From IMG/VR virus record IMGVR_UViG_3300029235_000303: a DNA stretch of 64,000 nucleotides, one strand, 5' to 3'. The stretch comes from a virus. The position numbers were made by a program, and so were the translations under genes. Shown here one piece after another: positions 9,538 through 19,720 of the stretch. The notes beneath the pieces are model-generated. The model was given only the letters and a program-made list of their open reading frames with translations, had not been told where the DNA came from and did not search any database. Each line of letters begins with the position of its first letter. Position 1 is the first letter of the stretch.

Positions 9538-9741
9538 ATGGTACAATTACGGCAATACAAAATGGTTGAAGGAATTGGAAGTCATTGGAATAAACGATGG
9601 GAAATCCAAGAGAAATATAAATATTTTGAAAATGGAGAATGGGTTTATTCCTGGCATTTAGTATTTTGGAGCAGTGATAAAGCGAGATGCGAAGAAGTGT
9701 TTGAGAAATATAAAAAATTAGGAGGTAAGCGAAATGATTGA
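9538..9741 (+). CDS. hypothetical protein
   Basis: GGAGGTAAGCGAA then ATG. Confidence 0.4.
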   Translation: MVQLRQYKMVEGIGSHWNKRWEIQEKYKYFENGEWVYSWHLVFWSSDKARCEEVFEKYKKLGGKRND

Positions 9742-10045
9742 GTTAAAAGATTTATTGGAAGAAAATGAAACACTTGTGACATTTCATCTTTGCAATGAAT
9801 ATTGGTCACGGAATGCAATCACAGTAAAAGGAAGTGATGATATTTCTGGTGCATTAGAAATGACATTACATAGAATACTTGAAGCTGGTGGAACAGAAAA
9901 TGATGTAAAGCGAATTATGGGTGCGGAAATTCCAACAGAAGACGAACTTAAAGAACTTGAAGAGTTTGATGAATTTAGCTGGATAGACTTAGGTTATGTA
10001 TTATCTGGTTTGATTGATTTATGGGAAGAAAGTGAGGTTGATTGA
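9734..10045 (+). CDS. hypothetical acidic protein
   Basis: The same GGAGGTAAGCGAAATG context repeated; overlapping start. Confidence 0.4.
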   Translation: MIELKDLLEENETLVTFHLCNEYWSRNAITVKGSDDISGALEMTLHRILEAGGTENDVKRIMGAEIPTEDELKELEEFDEFSWIDLGYVLSGLIDLWEESEVD

Positions 10046-11021
10046 TATGACAATAGAAATATTAAAAACCAGAATAGATGAAATATTAAAGAAAATGTTG
10101 GGTGTAAATGAAGATGGTGGCATCGAAATTTATACTGACTACAGAGAAAGAGAACTTTCTGATAGTTTCTTAAAAGAGATATTTGAGCATGATAATCCAA
10201 GAGAGGCATTTAATGATGAATTAGCTGATTGGGCTATGGATTATGCAATGGAGTATGGAGAAGATGAGTTTGAAAAGGATATTCGTGAAGAAATGACGGA
10301 TGAAGAGGAAGAGTATTTTACAGATAATTTTAATGAGATATGGGAGTATGTAAGAGAAAATACATATTTTTATTACAACGCCGAGGATTTTAATAATGAA
10401 GTCAAAGTAAATATTATGGTGGATTGTGGTAATTGGAATTACGATTGCGTTTGCGATAATGTTCTGAATTGGTATGGAAATTCAGGAGATGGAAGTATTG
10501 ACAAAGAATCATCTATGCTATGGTTAGCAAAAACACAAGGTAAAGCAACTGCATTAAGAAAGGCATGTAAACAAGTACATAGGGATGATGGATATTATGT
10601 AGATAGAGATAAAAACAAAGACAAATTTATAGAAAGCTGCATACAGGAATTTGAAAATCTTCTATCACATATGGCAACTGTAACATTTCTTGTAAAAATG
10701 CCGTTATTTGATTTGTTTGATTTAATCGAATTACAGAATAAAGAATATGACGAAAAAGGAAAATATGATCCACGAAAGAATGAAAAATCAAAATCTTATA
10801 TAGTTCTTGGAAAAGAAACAATGTGTGGGTTGTATGATTCTTGGTCTGGTGGTGGTTCTGTATTAGAAGTAGAACTGGATAAGGATGTTAAACTTCCTAT
10901 TAAATATGCAATCTTTTGTGTAGAGGGATGTAAGATGCATGGATATGATATTGATGAAGTTTATGGACTGATTGATAGTTGTTGGAAAGAAACAGTAAAG
11001 GAAATAAAAGAGGTTGCATAA
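10046..11021 (+). CDS. hypothetical highly acidic protein
   Basis: GAGGTTGATTGAT then ATG at 10046. Confidence 0.45.
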
Positions 11022-11069
11022 AACCAAAGGAAAGAACTGTTTCTTGAAAAGAAAGTGAGGTAAAAAATT

Positions 11070-11243
11070 ATGATGACAAGAGAAAGATTTGCAGAAACAA
11101 GCTGGAAAATGAGTTATGAGGAATATCAGAAATGCGATTGTACTGAATGCAAAAGAGAAGAATGTCCACATAGAGGAGCATATAGAAGAGTGCCTGAGAT
11201 TGATGGTGGACTTGGTTTATGTCCTAATCTGAAGGGAGAGTGA
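11070..11243 (+). CDS. small Cys-rich protein (57 aa)
   Basis: GAAAGTGAGGTAAAAAATT then ATG. Confidence 0.3.
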   Translation: MMTRERFAETSWKMSYEEYQKCDCTECKREECPHRGAYRRVPEIDGGLGLCPNLKGE

Positions 11244-11248
11244 TTAAG

Positions 11249-11443
11249 ATGTTTAAATATATTATCAGTTATGATGGTGGTCAGTTAAGAGACAGTGGAG
11301 ATTTTGAATGGGGATTATTTAATTCCTATGGTGAAGCAGAAGAAGCTGCCAATGATGCAAAAGAAGAATATATGAATGACTGGGACGTTGAAGGCAGTGA
11401 ATATGATCCTGATGATTTCTGTATTGAGATTGTGGAGGTGTAG
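11249..11443 (+). CDS. hypothetical acidic protein
   Basis: GAAGGGAGAGTGATTAAG then ATG. Confidence 0.4.
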   Translation: MFKYIISYDGGQLRDSGDFEWGLFNSYGEAEEAANDAKEEYMNDWDVEGSEYDPDDFCIEIVEV

Positions 11444-11445
11444 GT

Positions 11446-11631
11446 ATGGTATGTGTAAAAATATTAGGAATTGTAATCAAACATGGAAAGAATGATGTTG
11501 GTTATTGGGAAGGATTTAATCTTACTGAAGCCGAAGAAAATGCAATCTGGAATATCCTTAGTAAACATGATTCAGAAGGTTGTTCTTTGAGAGGGACACC
11601 AAAAGAAATCGCAGAAGAGATTGGAGAGTGA
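11446..11631 (+). CDS. hypothetical protein
   Basis: GGAGGTGTAGGT then ATG. Confidence 0.4.
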   Translation: MVCVKILGIVIKHGKNDVGYWEGFNLTEAEENAIWNILSKHDSEGCSLRGTPKEIAEEIGE

Positions 11632-11636
11632 TAAAT

Positions 11637-12065
11637 ATGGAAGAGAAAATTACTACAACAGAAAATTTAGCAACAGAACTTTTGGGATGTATGGGTTCGG
11701 CAATAGTAGATTATGGAAATTATACTATTGCAGTTTGGGAACATTGCCATAAGGGAAGCATTGCAGAGATTTATAAGCTGATTGAGATGCCAAAGGAATA
11801 TGAACTAGGAAGATGTGAATGTAAGATTTCAAGAATTGAAAGAAAAGAAAGTTTTGAAGATCCGGGACACGCAATGAAATGGGCGCTTGATAAAGTAGTA
11901 AATGGAAATATGGAATACATTAAGCAAGAAGAACTACCTAAGTATTGGAAAACAAAAGCCATTTGTATCGAATTTGCAGATGGTTCTGATGCTTTAGCAC
12001 AAGAAAATGGATATACATTAGAACAATGTATGGAAATGACAGATGCTAAGTTCTTTTTAGATTAG
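11637..12065 (+). CDS. hypothetical protein
   Basis: TTGGAGAGTGATAAAT then ATG at 11637. Confidence 0.45.
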   Translation: MEEKITTTENLATELLGCMGSAIVDYGNYTIAVWEHCHKGSIAEIYKLIEMPKEYELGRCECKISRIERKESFEDPGHAMKWALDKVVNGNMEYIKQEELPKYWKTKAICIEFADGSDALAQENGYTLEQCMEMTDAKFFLD

Positions 12066-12081
12066 TTAAAAGGAGATAAAT

Positions 12082-12381
12082 ATGATAAGCACAATAGAAA
12101 GAGATTTTATAGTAAAAGATGGTGTAGCAAGTTTTCCGATGAAAGAATATCCAAACTATTGCGGAATTGAAGATATTGGATATATTTCACACGGAGAATG
12201 GGCAGACGCAGAACTTGAATACAAGGGAAAATTATTCAATGAAAATGTGGTGTCAGATGTAATGTGGGAAAGATTTATTGAAGAATTTCCTGATAAAGAT
12301 GGAAATTATGAAGCGTTTAATCAGTATATGTATGACAATAAAGACGAAGTATATGAGTTATTAGAAGGTTGGAGTGATTAA
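12082..12381 (+). CDS. hypothetical protein
   Basis: AAAGGAGATAAAT then ATG. Confidence 0.4.
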   Translation: MISTIERDFIVKDGVASFPMKEYPNYCGIEDIGYISHGEWADAELEYKGKLFNENVVSDVMWERFIEEFPDKDGNYEAFNQYMYDNKDEVYELLEGWSD

Positions 12382-12382
12382 T

Positions 12383-12694
12383 ATGGTAGATCAGTGGACA
12401 GGTGAATGGACGGAAGAAAAAGATTATAGTACATATCCAAAAGAAAAATGGTGCGATTACGATTATATGGCTGCATGGATCAGAGAACAGAAATACGAAC
12501 CAGAAACATCAATGAAAAATTTAATAGGAATGATTTTTGGTTATTACTTTGAAAATAATGATGTAAAAGAAAGAGGATATTTTGCAATTAAGGATGAAAG
12601 AAAATATCCTGATAATCTTATGATATTTGTTCCAGATGTAGCAGAATATGTATTTGCAAGTGGTGGATTAAGTGAATTTGATTATGAAACATAG
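12383..12694 (+). CDS. hypothetical protein
   Basis: TTGGAGTGATTAAT then ATG. Confidence 0.4.
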   Translation: MVDQWTGEWTEEKDYSTYPKEKWCDYDYMAAWIREQKYEPETSMKNLIGMIFGYYFENNDVKERGYFAIKDERKYPDNLMIFVPDVAEYVFASGGLSEFDYET

Positions 12695-12700
12695 ATTGGA

Positions 12701-13090
12701 GTGATGAAAATGAGAAGAACAACTAAAAAAGAACGAAAAGAAAATGCAAATAGATTTTATAATATGTTTATGAATAGTAATTGCAATCAGGCAGCTATTG
12801 TAGTTGAAAAAACAGAAAGTAGTAACCCGAATATCAATAGGTGCAGATTCATAGCAGTTCCATCAACACTTGCATTTATGGAAAATCCAATAGTAATCGC
12901 AGAGTCTGTATCTGGGATTACAGGTTGTTTTATAGAATTATTAGATGATATTAAGTCAAGAAGAGGAACAGAAAAAACATATTTTGATGATGGTTTTAAT
13001 GATTGGCTTGAAGAAACGTATAAGTTCAGAATTACATATAAGGATGGACTTGTATTTATGTTGGAAAAGAATATTGAAGAAACACAGTAA
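12701..13090 (+). CDS. hypothetical protein
   Basis: TTGGAGTGATGAAA then ATG (12701 or 12710). Confidence 0.4.
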   Translation: MMKMRRTTKKERKENANRFYNMFMNSNCNQAAIVVEKTESSNPNINRCRFIAVPSTLAFMENPIVIAESVSGITGCFIELLDDIKSRRGTEKTYFDDGFNDWLEETYKFRITYKDGLVFMLEKNIEETQ

Positions 13091-13124
13091 ATAGCAATTT
13101 CAAACGGAAAGGATGGTTGATTAT

Positions 13125-13340
13125 ATGTGCGATGAACTAAAAAAAGTTATTAAAAATGCAATAATCACCGCTACAAGGGTAGACGGATATAATCAAGTTA
13201 TTATTATGGAAAACGATGGTAGTTATGGTTATACAAGAAAATATGAAGGTTGCTGCCCTGATTGGTCAGGGAAAATTATAGGTGAAATTGTTACGTTTTG
13301 GAAGAATGGAATATTAAACGCAAAATATGTAAGTAGATGA
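13125..13340 (+). CDS. hypothetical protein
   Basis: AAAGGATGGTTGATTAT then ATG. Confidence 0.4.
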   Translation: MCDELKKVIKNAIITATRVDGYNQVIIMENDGSYGYTRKYEGCCPDWSGKIIGEIVTFWKNGILNAKYVSR

Positions 13341-13363
13341 ATAAGGAAGGATGGTTGATTTAT

Positions 13364-13585
13364 ATGAGATTACATTTATTCTGGCTTGATAAGAATTGGA
13401 AGAAACGTGGCGATTGTGCCAATAATTATAACCTCGTTATTGATATGGAAAATAAGACATATAAGGTATATACGAATGCCTTTTATGGATATTATCATCC
13501 AGATGATATTGAGGTTAAATATAAAACAGATATTACAGATTACATAGAATATTTAAAGAAAAATGGATTTACAGAAATGGAGTGA
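13364..13585 (+). CDS. hypothetical protein
   Basis: AAGGAAGGATGGTTGATTTAT then ATG; same context as the previous gene. Confidence 0.4.
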   Translation: MRLHLFWLDKNWKKRGDCANNYNLVIDMENKTYKVYTNAFYGYYHPDDIEVKYKTDITDYIEYLKKNGFTEME

Positions 13586-13590
13586 TTTAT

Positions 13591-14007
13591 ATGTTAAAGG
13601 CAATAAATATTAAATGGGACACAGACGGAGATAAGAAAGTGTTAAATGAACTCCCAACGGAAGTACCGATTCCAGAAAACACAGAAGAGGAAGATATCTG
13701 TGATTATTTATCCGATGAGTATGGATACTGTGTATTTGGATTCGATGTTGTAACAGTTAAAGGATTCAGAGGTTTGTTTATTAATGGTACACGCAACGGA
13801 TATGCTCCCGAACAGTGTTATAAAACAATGACAGTTAATCAGATGATAGAGAAATTAACTGAATTGAGAGATTATGACAATGCTGGTGACTGTCCGATTT
13901 ATCTGTCAAATGACAACGGTTATACTTATGGGCATATAAATGCAGACACAATGAATCTTGGAACGTATACAGAAGATAATGGTATTGAGATTGAAGAGAG
14001 GTGGTAA
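13591..14007 (+). CDS. hypothetical protein
   Basis: AATGGAGTGATTTAT then ATG. Confidence 0.45.
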   Translation: MLKAINIKWDTDGDKKVLNELPTEVPIPENTEEEDICDYLSDEYGYCVFGFDVVTVKGFRGLFINGTRNGYAPEQCYKTMTVNQMIEKLTELRDYDNAGDCPIYLSNDNGYTYGHINADTMNLGTYTEDNGIEIEERW

Positions 14008-14009
14008 TT

Positions 14010-14338
14010 ATGTTAGCAAGTGAAGCATTAGCAATAACAAATGTAAAAATTATAAGAATGATGCTATCCAGTATGGTATCAAGGAACTTGAAAAGAAAAT
14101 TAAAGAACATGCAGAAAAGGGACATAGAAATTGTATTGTTAGCTTCTATAGTCATCCGTATGGATATAGGGATTTTATAGAAAAGTATGGTGAAGAAAAC
14201 AAAGAGCATCATAAATTGTACAATATTGAAACAGAATTAAGAGAATATTTCACAAAGAACGGATTTATTTTTAAGAGAGTAACAGATGATGTTTGTGGTG
14301 GTGTTAGACAAGATCCATATTGGATAATCTGTTGGTAG
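14010..14338 (+). pseudogene. frameshifted CDS candidate
   Basis: ATG at 14010 opens a 60-aa frame. A protein-like, start-less frame (…KELEKKIKEHAEKGHRNCIVSFYSHPYGYRDFIEKYGEENKEH…YWIICW) runs in the -1 frame to 14338. An A5 run at 14045-14049 is a plausible slip or indel site. Confidence 0.3.
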
Positions 14339-14349
14339 GAGGTGTGACT

Positions 14350-14547
14350 ATGCAAGATATTGATATTCACTTTAGGCAAACAGGAAACAATGAGTATTGG
14401 TTGCTATACAATCACGAATCATTTGTGATTAAAACATATAATGATGGAAAATTTCATAACAAATTATATGAGTGCGAAAAGGAAATTCCAGAAGAACTTG
14501 AATGGTTTGTTGATACTGTAATTAGAAGAGAGTTAAAAATGGAGTGA
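14350..14547 (+). CDS. hypothetical protein
   Basis: GGTAGGAGGTGTGACT then ATG. Confidence 0.4.
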   Translation: MQDIDIHFRQTGNNEYWLLYNHESFVIKTYNDGKFHNKLYECEKEIPEELEWFVDTVIRRELKME

Positions 14548-14553
14548 TAAATT

Positions 14554-14742
14554 ATGATTAACAGAGAAGATTATGATTTTACAAAAGGAAACGAATTGTA
14601 TAATAAAATTGTTAGAGTGCTTACAGATTTTGAAAGTAAAGAAGACAATGAAGAATTAAACGCAAATGAAGCGGATATGTATGAAACATTGTGCGAAGCT
14701 CAAAACTTCTTGGAAGAAAATTTTGAGTGGATTTCAAAGTAA
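14554..14742 (+). CDS. hypothetical acidic protein
   Basis: AATGGAGTGATAAATT then ATG. Confidence 0.4.
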   Translation: MINREDYDFTKGNELYNKIVRVLTDFESKEDNEELNANEADMYETLCEAQNFLEENFEWISK

Positions 14743-14760
14743 AGAATGGAGTGATGATAT

Positions 14761-15255
14761 ATGGCAGAGAATTTAGAAATAAGTTATGGCATTCCTAGTA
14801 TAGAACATATTAAAGCATTATATGATGAGGTTATACCATTATTAAAGCAATTAAAAACAAAAGCAGATGTAATTGAGTTTGGTGAAAAACACAAAGTTAC
14901 AATGGAAATCAATTATGATTTGGCTAAGTTATATGATGAGAAAGAGCCTATTAAAGTTATCCGTTGTGAAGCATGGGGCGATTTAGATTGTATCTATGTC
15001 TATACAAACGGAGATAATCCTATGTTTGATGTCTGGTGTGATTTTGGTGATTTTGACTTTATTGAAGGAATAACTATTAAAGATTTGGAAGAATCGTATA
15101 CAGAAGGAATTAAGATGTTATGGTACATGAACGAGACAAGAGAGGATGATTTGAAAGCAATAGTTGAGATATTACATAATCACGGAATCAGTTATGATGA
15201 AATGGAAACTGATTATAAATTGGATAAAAATGTAATTGATAAGTGCAGAAATTAA
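14761..15255 (+). CDS. hypothetical protein
   Basis: AATGGAGTGATGATAT then ATG. Confidence 0.45.
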   Translation: MAENLEISYGIPSIEHIKALYDEVIPLLKQLKTKADVIEFGEKHKVTMEINYDLAKLYDEKEPIKVIRCEAWGDLDCIYVYTNGDNPMFDVWCDFGDFDFIEGITIKDLEESYTEGIKMLWYMNETREDDLKAIVEILHNHGISYDEMETDYKLDKNVIDKCRN

Positions 15256-15275
15256 ATAGAAGTGGAGTGACAAAT

Positions 15276-15611
15276 ATGAATTATACTTATTTTGGAAACA
15301 GAATTGAAAGAAGCCCATTAGGAAATATGGGGTTACAGTTATTAGAAGCTCAAGAGAAATTAGTTTCTCAGGAATATGAAGTTGAGAATCTTAGAATTAA
15401 AGCAGCCATGTATAAAGCATATTTCTTTCGTAATTCTACTTTAGCAGAAAAATTACAAAAACAAAGTGAAGAAAACAGAAATGCACTTATTGGAGAGTTC
15501 GATGGTTTTTCATATGCAAGTTGGAGAGCCAATGCTGTATATAGAACAGTTGAAGATATGTTTGATGAAGGCTTATTAACTGAAAACGAATATAGAGAAT
15601 GTAAGATATGA
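15276..15611 (+). CDS. hypothetical protein
   Basis: AGTGGAGTGACAAAT then ATG at 15276. Confidence 0.4.
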   Translation: MNYTYFGNRIERSPLGNMGLQLLEAQEKLVSQEYEVENLRIKAAMYKAYFFRNSTLAEKLQKQSEENRNALIGEFDGFSYASWRANAVYRTVEDMFDEGLLTENEYRECKI

Positions 15612-15628
15612 AATGGAGTGATTTATTA

Positions 15629-15805
15629 TGGTAAAAATATTAAGAGATTTTTGGAATAAGGCAGATGGAGTTTATGATTTTGTAGATAAGAATGGAGTTT
15701 CTATTGATGATATGAATTATCCCTTAGAAACAGAAGTATTAAATGAACGGTTGATTGAAGGTGAACAGTATGAGATTACATTAAATGTAGAAGTAAGGGA
15801 GTGAT
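15629..15805 (+). CDS. small hypothetical protein (58 aa)
   Basis: AATGGAGTGATTTATT then ATG; below the track cutoff. Confidence 0.35.
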
Positions 15806-15810
15806 GAAGT

Positions 15811-16050
15811 ATGCAGATTGTAAAAGAAAGTATTATCAAGAAATATTCATATGAAAATGGAGATCATAGCACTTATACAGAAGTGATAGAACAGTACCAT
15901 TATGATTCAGAAGAGGAACGGAATAAACATGCAGAACAAATGACCAAGAAAGGATTTAACGATAGTGGTCAGGTTAAAGAAAATGTTGGTACGATTATGA
16001 ATCCAAAACTTGTATGGTTCGGAAGCTATTATAAATACAAGAGAGATTAA
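15811..16050 (+). CDS. hypothetical protein
   Basis: AGGGAGTGATGAAGT then ATG. Confidence 0.4.
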   Translation: MQIVKESIIKKYSYENGDHSTYTEVIEQYHYDSEEERNKHAEQMTKKGFNDSGQVKENVGTIMNPKLVWFGSYYKYKRD

Positions 16051-16101
16051 CCTTAAAACAAGAGTTTCTTTAGAAAAATTAGAAAGGAATAGGTGATTAT
16101 T

Positions 16102-16647
16102 ATGAAAATATATGATTATAGTAATTTATTACAGGCTGTAAGGGAAACAAATACAAACAAAATCATAGCGGAAAACAATAGAATAGCAGATAAGAAAAAT
16201 ACTTTATCAAAATTGGAAATGGAATTAAAAGCAAGTGGTTTATTAGACGATTGGTATGATTTAAAAAGACTTTGTAGAGAAACTAATGTAAGATTTATGC
16301 CTTATGGTGGATGGGACGAAGAGAAACAGGGAGTATTGATGGATGACTTTCAATACTTTGAAGATAATGGAATGTTTATGAAGTGTATGAGTTCTGGATC
16401 TCATTGGTCTGATTACTTCGGATTTTCTTATAAGGATAGAGAGTTTAAATGGAAAATCTGTCACACTACATCATCTACATTATTCAATGACTTTGATGAT
16501 GAAGTGAGTGAACTTAACACAAAAATTAAACTGATTGAATTATTCATGGAAAGGTATGAAGAATATAGAAATATTCAGTTACAAAGAATTTACATGAAGA
16601 TAGGTAAAATCACAGAAGAAACTATGGCGATTAAAAACGATAGATAA
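16102..16647 (+). CDS. hypothetical protein
   Basis: GGAATAGGTGATTATT then ATG. Confidence 0.45.
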   Translation: MKIYDYSNLLQAVRETNTNKIIAENNRIADKKNTLSKLEMELKASGLLDDWYDLKRLCRETNVRFMPYGGWDEEKQGVLMDDFQYFEDNGMFMKCMSSGSHWSDYFGFSYKDREFKWKICHTTSSTLFNDFDDEVSELNTKIKLIELFMERYEEYRNIQLQRIYMKIGKITEETMAIKNDR

Positions 16648-16686
16648 CTAATGAAATGAGGATTTATTGGTAAGATTGGAGGCTAT

Positions 16687-16887
16687 ATGATGAAACGTGA
16701 TTTAGTAGATGAATTGTATAAAATAGCATATAAGCGATATAGGGAAAAATATCCAAATAAAGATTTTGCATCTATTCCCAATTTCTTAGATTCACTTTGG
16801 TTTAGTATTGAAGGTGAACTTAATAGAAATGGATACGATGCTGCAAGAAAATATGTAGAAGAAGCAGATTTAATTGTATTAAGATGA
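16687..16887 (+). CDS. hypothetical protein
   Basis: TTGGAGGCTAT then ATG. Confidence 0.4.
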   Translation: MMKRDLVDELYKIAYKRYREKYPNKDFASIPNFLDSLWFSIEGELNRNGYDAARKYVEEADLIVLR

Positions 16888-16978
16888 ATGGTAAGAATGG
16901 AGGCTAACATTTGTTGTTTTGAATGTCCTGTTGAATAGAATGAAACGATGATTTTTTGACAGAATGGAGGATTAGAAT

Positions 16979-17281
16979 ATGACAAGAGAAAAAGCCACGA
17001 GAATTGTAAATGGATTTTTTAATGATATGAATCCTACTTTATGGAATGGAGAAGGTAATAAACCCGAAAGCTTTGATGAACGACCTTGGCAATGCAAAAT
17101 AGTTGATGGTATAAATCTTGAAATTACTTTTGCTTATGACGAAGAAGATGGATGGCATCATTATTGCGATTTAGTTTATACCAAAGATAACAGTTCTTTT
17201 GACTTAATGAGTGGTTATAGAATTGATTCTAAACTAAATGTGATAGATACAGTAATGGATATATGTAGAGACTATGAGTAA
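16979..17281 (+). CDS. hypothetical protein
   Basis: ATGGAGGATTAGAAT then ATG. Confidence 0.4.
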   Translation: MTREKATRIVNGFFNDMNPTLWNGEGNKPESFDERPWQCKIVDGINLEITFAYDEEDGWHHYCDLVYTKDNSSFDLMSGYRIDSKLNVIDTVMDICRDYE

Positions 17282-17316
17282 GTATTGGAATCGTGGTTTA
17301 GATAGGAGTGATTGGA

Positions 17317-17502
17317 ATGGATTATAAAATAGGTGATACAGTAAAAATATCTGTTTATGTAACAGAAAAATGGGGCAGATTAGTTACTTGTAAAATCACC
17401 AATAAGTATATAAGAAATAATACTACTTATTATTCTTTGCAAGAGATAAATGGAATTTATAGAGTAAGTAACGTAAAAGAAAACCGATTCATACTTGATT
17501 AA
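17317..17502 (+). CDS. hypothetical protein
   Basis: ATAGGAGTGATTGGA then ATG. Confidence 0.4.
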   Translation: MDYKIGDTVKISVYVTEKWGRLVTCKITNKYIRNNTTYYSLQEINGIYRVSNVKENRFILD

Positions 17503-17551
17503 CATGAAACAGAAATCTAACGAATCGGCTATTTAAATAGGAAGTGGTAAT

Positions 17552-17734
17552 ATGAACGAAACACAAGAAAAGATATATGGCTTGTTGGAAAGTTATTTAG
17601 AATACTGTAAGACAAACGGATATACAGAGTTTGAGGTATGGTGTGAAGATAATATTGATACTATTAATGAGGATGCATTAATACAAGATATATATCAGGA
17701 AGTAAACTATATAGCTGATAAATTATTTGAATAG
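17552..17734 (+). CDS. hypothetical acidic protein
   Basis: AGGAAGTGGTAAT then ATG. Confidence 0.4.
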   Translation: MNETQEKIYGLLESYLEYCKTNGYTEFEVWCEDNIDTINEDALIQDIYQEVNYIADKLFE

Positions 17735-17750
17735 AAAGTGAGGAAATAAT

Positions 17751-18047
17751 ATGGTAAGAAAAATTAACAATAGATTGTATAAAGTTAATACATATGCTTC
17801 TGCACACATTATTGAAGTAGATGATAATTATGATGAAGAAGTACAGAAACTAAGAAAAGAAATCCAACTTGACAGTATTGGATGCAAATTGAACTTACTT
17901 GCATATCTTGCCACATTAACGGTACAAGGATATGCAATCTTAAGTGTAACTGAGTTTAATTCAGATGGAAGCAAGCCTAGAGTTGCTTATGCAAGCAATA
18001 AAGATTTTAAAAAGATTGTTAAGTATTATCTTGGGAAGAAAGCCTAA
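17751..18047 (+). CDS. hypothetical protein
   Basis: GTGAGGAAATAAT then ATG. Confidence 0.4.
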   Translation: MVRKINNRLYKVNTYASAHIIEVDDNYDEEVQKLRKEIQLDSIGCKLNLLAYLATLTVQGYAILSVTEFNSDGSKPRVAYASNKDFKKIVKYYLGKKA

Positions 18048-18077
18048 GAATCAGCGATTTAGAAAGGAGAATTAAAA

Positions 18078-18266
18078 ATGAAACAGAATCATTATATTGT
18101 AACTTTTAACAATGGGAAAACTGTATTTGCATCTGGGTTTAATACGGAGGAAGTAGAAATCCTTGCAAAAGCCGTAATGATAAAGAATGGATTATCTTAT
18201 GACATTAAAAGTGTTAAGACAACAAGTAATTTATCTGATATGGCAGATACAGATTTTGTAGCATAG
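18078..18266 (+). CDS. hypothetical protein
   Basis: AAAGGAGAATTAAAA then ATG. Confidence 0.4.
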   Translation: MKQNHYIVTFNNGKTVFASGFNTEEVEILAKAVMIKNGLSYDIKSVKTTSNLSDMADTDFVA

Positions 18267-18297
18267 GAAACGGAAATTTCAAAAGGGGGAAGATGAA

Positions 18298-18594
18298 ATG
18301 ACAATCAAGGATGTAAAAGAAGAATATAAAAATAAATATATAGAATTAGAAGTATATGAAGCAGTGAGTAATGGAAAATATTATCCTAGTAATTTTCATA
18401 CGGATAATTGCAGATCATTAGGAGAAGATTCACCATATGGAAACTATACTGAGGATATGGAAGTAGGTCTATATGAGCTGATGGATGAAGAAGAATACAA
18501 TAATACTATAATGGCAAATTGTGATATTTATGCAGATTTTGAAGATTGGTATGGTGATAAATATGCAAAAGTATTATGTGTTATGATTAAGTAA
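18298..18594 (+). CDS. hypothetical acidic protein
   Basis: AAGGGGGAAGATGAA then ATG. Confidence 0.4.
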   Translation: MTIKDVKEEYKNKYIELEVYEAVSNGKYYPSNFHTDNCRSLGEDSPYGNYTEDMEVGLYELMDEEEYNNTIMANCDIYADFEDWYGDKYAKVLCVMIK

Positions 18595-18629
18595 ACAATT
18601 AGATACTATTAGAAATGGTGGTAAAATTT

Positions 18630-18824
18630 ATGGATAGGAAAGAATATTTATTAAGACAGGTACTAAAGTTATTTAAGCAACAAAAAGAAAGTCGTTATGT
18701 TTTAAATATTGAAGAGATGACTGTTATATACGATGGAACTGAATGTGATGGAAGTTGTCTTTGTGATGATATTATGGAAGAATTAGGAATTGACAGCTTA
18801 GAAGATATTGAGGATGAGAAATAA
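18630..18824 (+). CDS. hypothetical protein
   Basis: AATGGTGGTAAAATTT then ATG; start 18615 or 18630. Confidence 0.4.
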   Translation: MDRKEYLLRQVLKLFKQQKESRYVLNIEEMTVIYDGTECDGSCLCDDIMEELGIDSLEDIEDEK

Positions 18825-18855
18825 AGTGTGATATAATATGTAAGAAAGAAGGTTG

Positions 18856-19377
18856 ATGAATATGGCAGGATATAGCGGATGGTCAATGAGTAACAATGCG
18901 GTTGATGCTTATTCAAATGGGGAGAAACCATTAAGTAAATGGACAAAGGCAGATATTTTTGATACAATAGAAGAACAGGAAATTGAATTAAAATGCTCAA
19001 TGGAAAAATTTAAGAAACTACCTGTGAAAGTTTTAAAAGAAGTTTGTTTGAGGTATTCTTCGTGGCATCATACAAGTAATCATTATAATCAGACAGATTT
19101 TTATTCTTTGGATATAAGCAGAATAGAAAATTTAACAGATGAAAAAATTGATAGATTACTTGCAGATTACAAGGCAGAGAAAAAGAATGAAGAAAAGCCT
19201 ACTGAAGAGAAATGGAGATGTGCTTTTTTAGAATGGTCTGGAACTAGAAAACATCCAGTTGCAAAAGAAATAGTCGAAGAGGGTATTGTAAAAGGCGATT
19301 GGTTCTATCGTAAAAATGGAACTAAAAAGAAAACAACAGCAAATGGGTTTGAATTTATTAAAAAATTGGAGGAATGA
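18856..19377 (+). CDS. hypothetical protein
   Basis: GAAAGAAGG, then TTG/ATG cluster. Confidence 0.45.
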   Translation: MNMAGYSGWSMSNNAVDAYSNGEKPLSKWTKADIFDTIEEQEIELKCSMEKFKKLPVKVLKEVCLRYSSWHHTSNHYNQTDFYSLDISRIENLTDEKIDRLLADYKAEKKNEEKPTEEKWRCAFLEWSGTRKHPVAKEIVEEGIVKGDWFYRKNGTKKKTTANGFEFIKKLEE

Positions 19378-19382
19378 TAATA

Positions 19383-19655
19383 ATGGCATTTATAAATGAA
19401 CAAGGAATAAAAATTAGCTTTGAGTGTTCAGATTTAATCAAAGAACTTAAAGAAGATATTGCTGAATTTGGTGGAGACACAGTTGTTGCTGTTTGGTGTA
19501 AGGATAATTCAGGAGTTACATTATATGTAAATTATGATTTTATTAATGAAGAACAGCCAATAACTGAAAAAGAAGTAGACAAAGATGAATGCATACAAAA
19601 AATGACAATGAGTGCATTATTAATATTACTAGAAAAACAAAATGAAATTTTGTAA
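19383..19655 (+). CDS. hypothetical protein
   Basis: TTGGAGGAATGATAATA then ATG. Confidence 0.4.
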   Translation: MAFINEQGIKISFECSDLIKELKEDIAEFGGDTVVAVWCKDNSGVTLYVNYDFINEEQPITEKEVDKDECIQKMTMSALLILLEKQNEIL

Positions 19656-19687
19656 TTAAGAATAAAATATAATATTAATTAAATTGA

Positions 19688-19720
19688 GACGGATAATTAT
19701 ATATTATCTGTCTTTTTTAT
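19688..19720 (+). terminator. rho-independent terminator
   Basis: GACGGATAAT / ATTATCTGTC stem (one G-U pair), then TTTTTTAT. Confidence 0.55.
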
